This document shows, piece by piece, positions 63,901 to 64,000 of a stretch of DNA of 64,000 nt. The notes beneath the pieces are model-generated. The model was not told where the DNA came from, did not search any database, and worked only from the letters and a program-made list of their open reading frames with translations. The DNA is from Malacoraja senta. Its lineage: Eukaryota. Within the stretch, counting starts at the first letter, position 1, and every line of letters begins with the position of its first letter. The stretch lies in the NCBI GenBank assembly GCA_038087875.1, contig CM075989.1, forward strand, positions 19,222,001 to 19,286,000, written 5' to 3'. Position numbers and translations under genes: made by a program.

Positions 63901-64000
63901 ACCCTCTAAGCTGGAAAGGGTGCAGAGTGGATTCATGAGGATGTTGTCAGGACTCAAGGGCCTGAGCTATAGGGAGAGGTTGAGTGGGTTAGAACTTTAT

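Overview
Vertebrate genomic DNA, most likely from an elasmobranch (skate, ray or shark). The taxon is inferred from HE1/V-SINE-type SINEs, HER1/CR1 LINEs and Penelope-like elements. The minus strand carries coding exons 1-24 of myosin Vc (MYO5C; ATG at 54190, exon 24 at 923-986). Together they give 3032 nt of spliced CDS with GT-AG introns and consistent phases, covering the motor, the IQ neck and the start of the coiled coil; the gene continues past the left edge. About 4.5 kb upstream of the MYO5C ATG, on the same strand, lie the 3'UTR and last coding exon of MYO5A (60879-61031), matching the mammalian MYO5A-MYO5C tandem. To the right of a 200-N gap (61647-61846) an internal MYO5A exon lies on the opposite strand, which suggests a mis-oriented contig. 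Introns are dense with retroelements. The most notable hidden structure is a set of more than 20 minimal type-I hammerhead-ribozyme motifs (CTGAAGA-stem II-GAAAC-GTC/GTT) in Penelope-like element terminal repeats. Several have intact catalytic cores, some on the MYO5C sense strand, and many sit at the centre of fold-back palindromic elements. Gene identities rest on recalled human protein sequences; no database search was run, and repeat boundaries are approximate.
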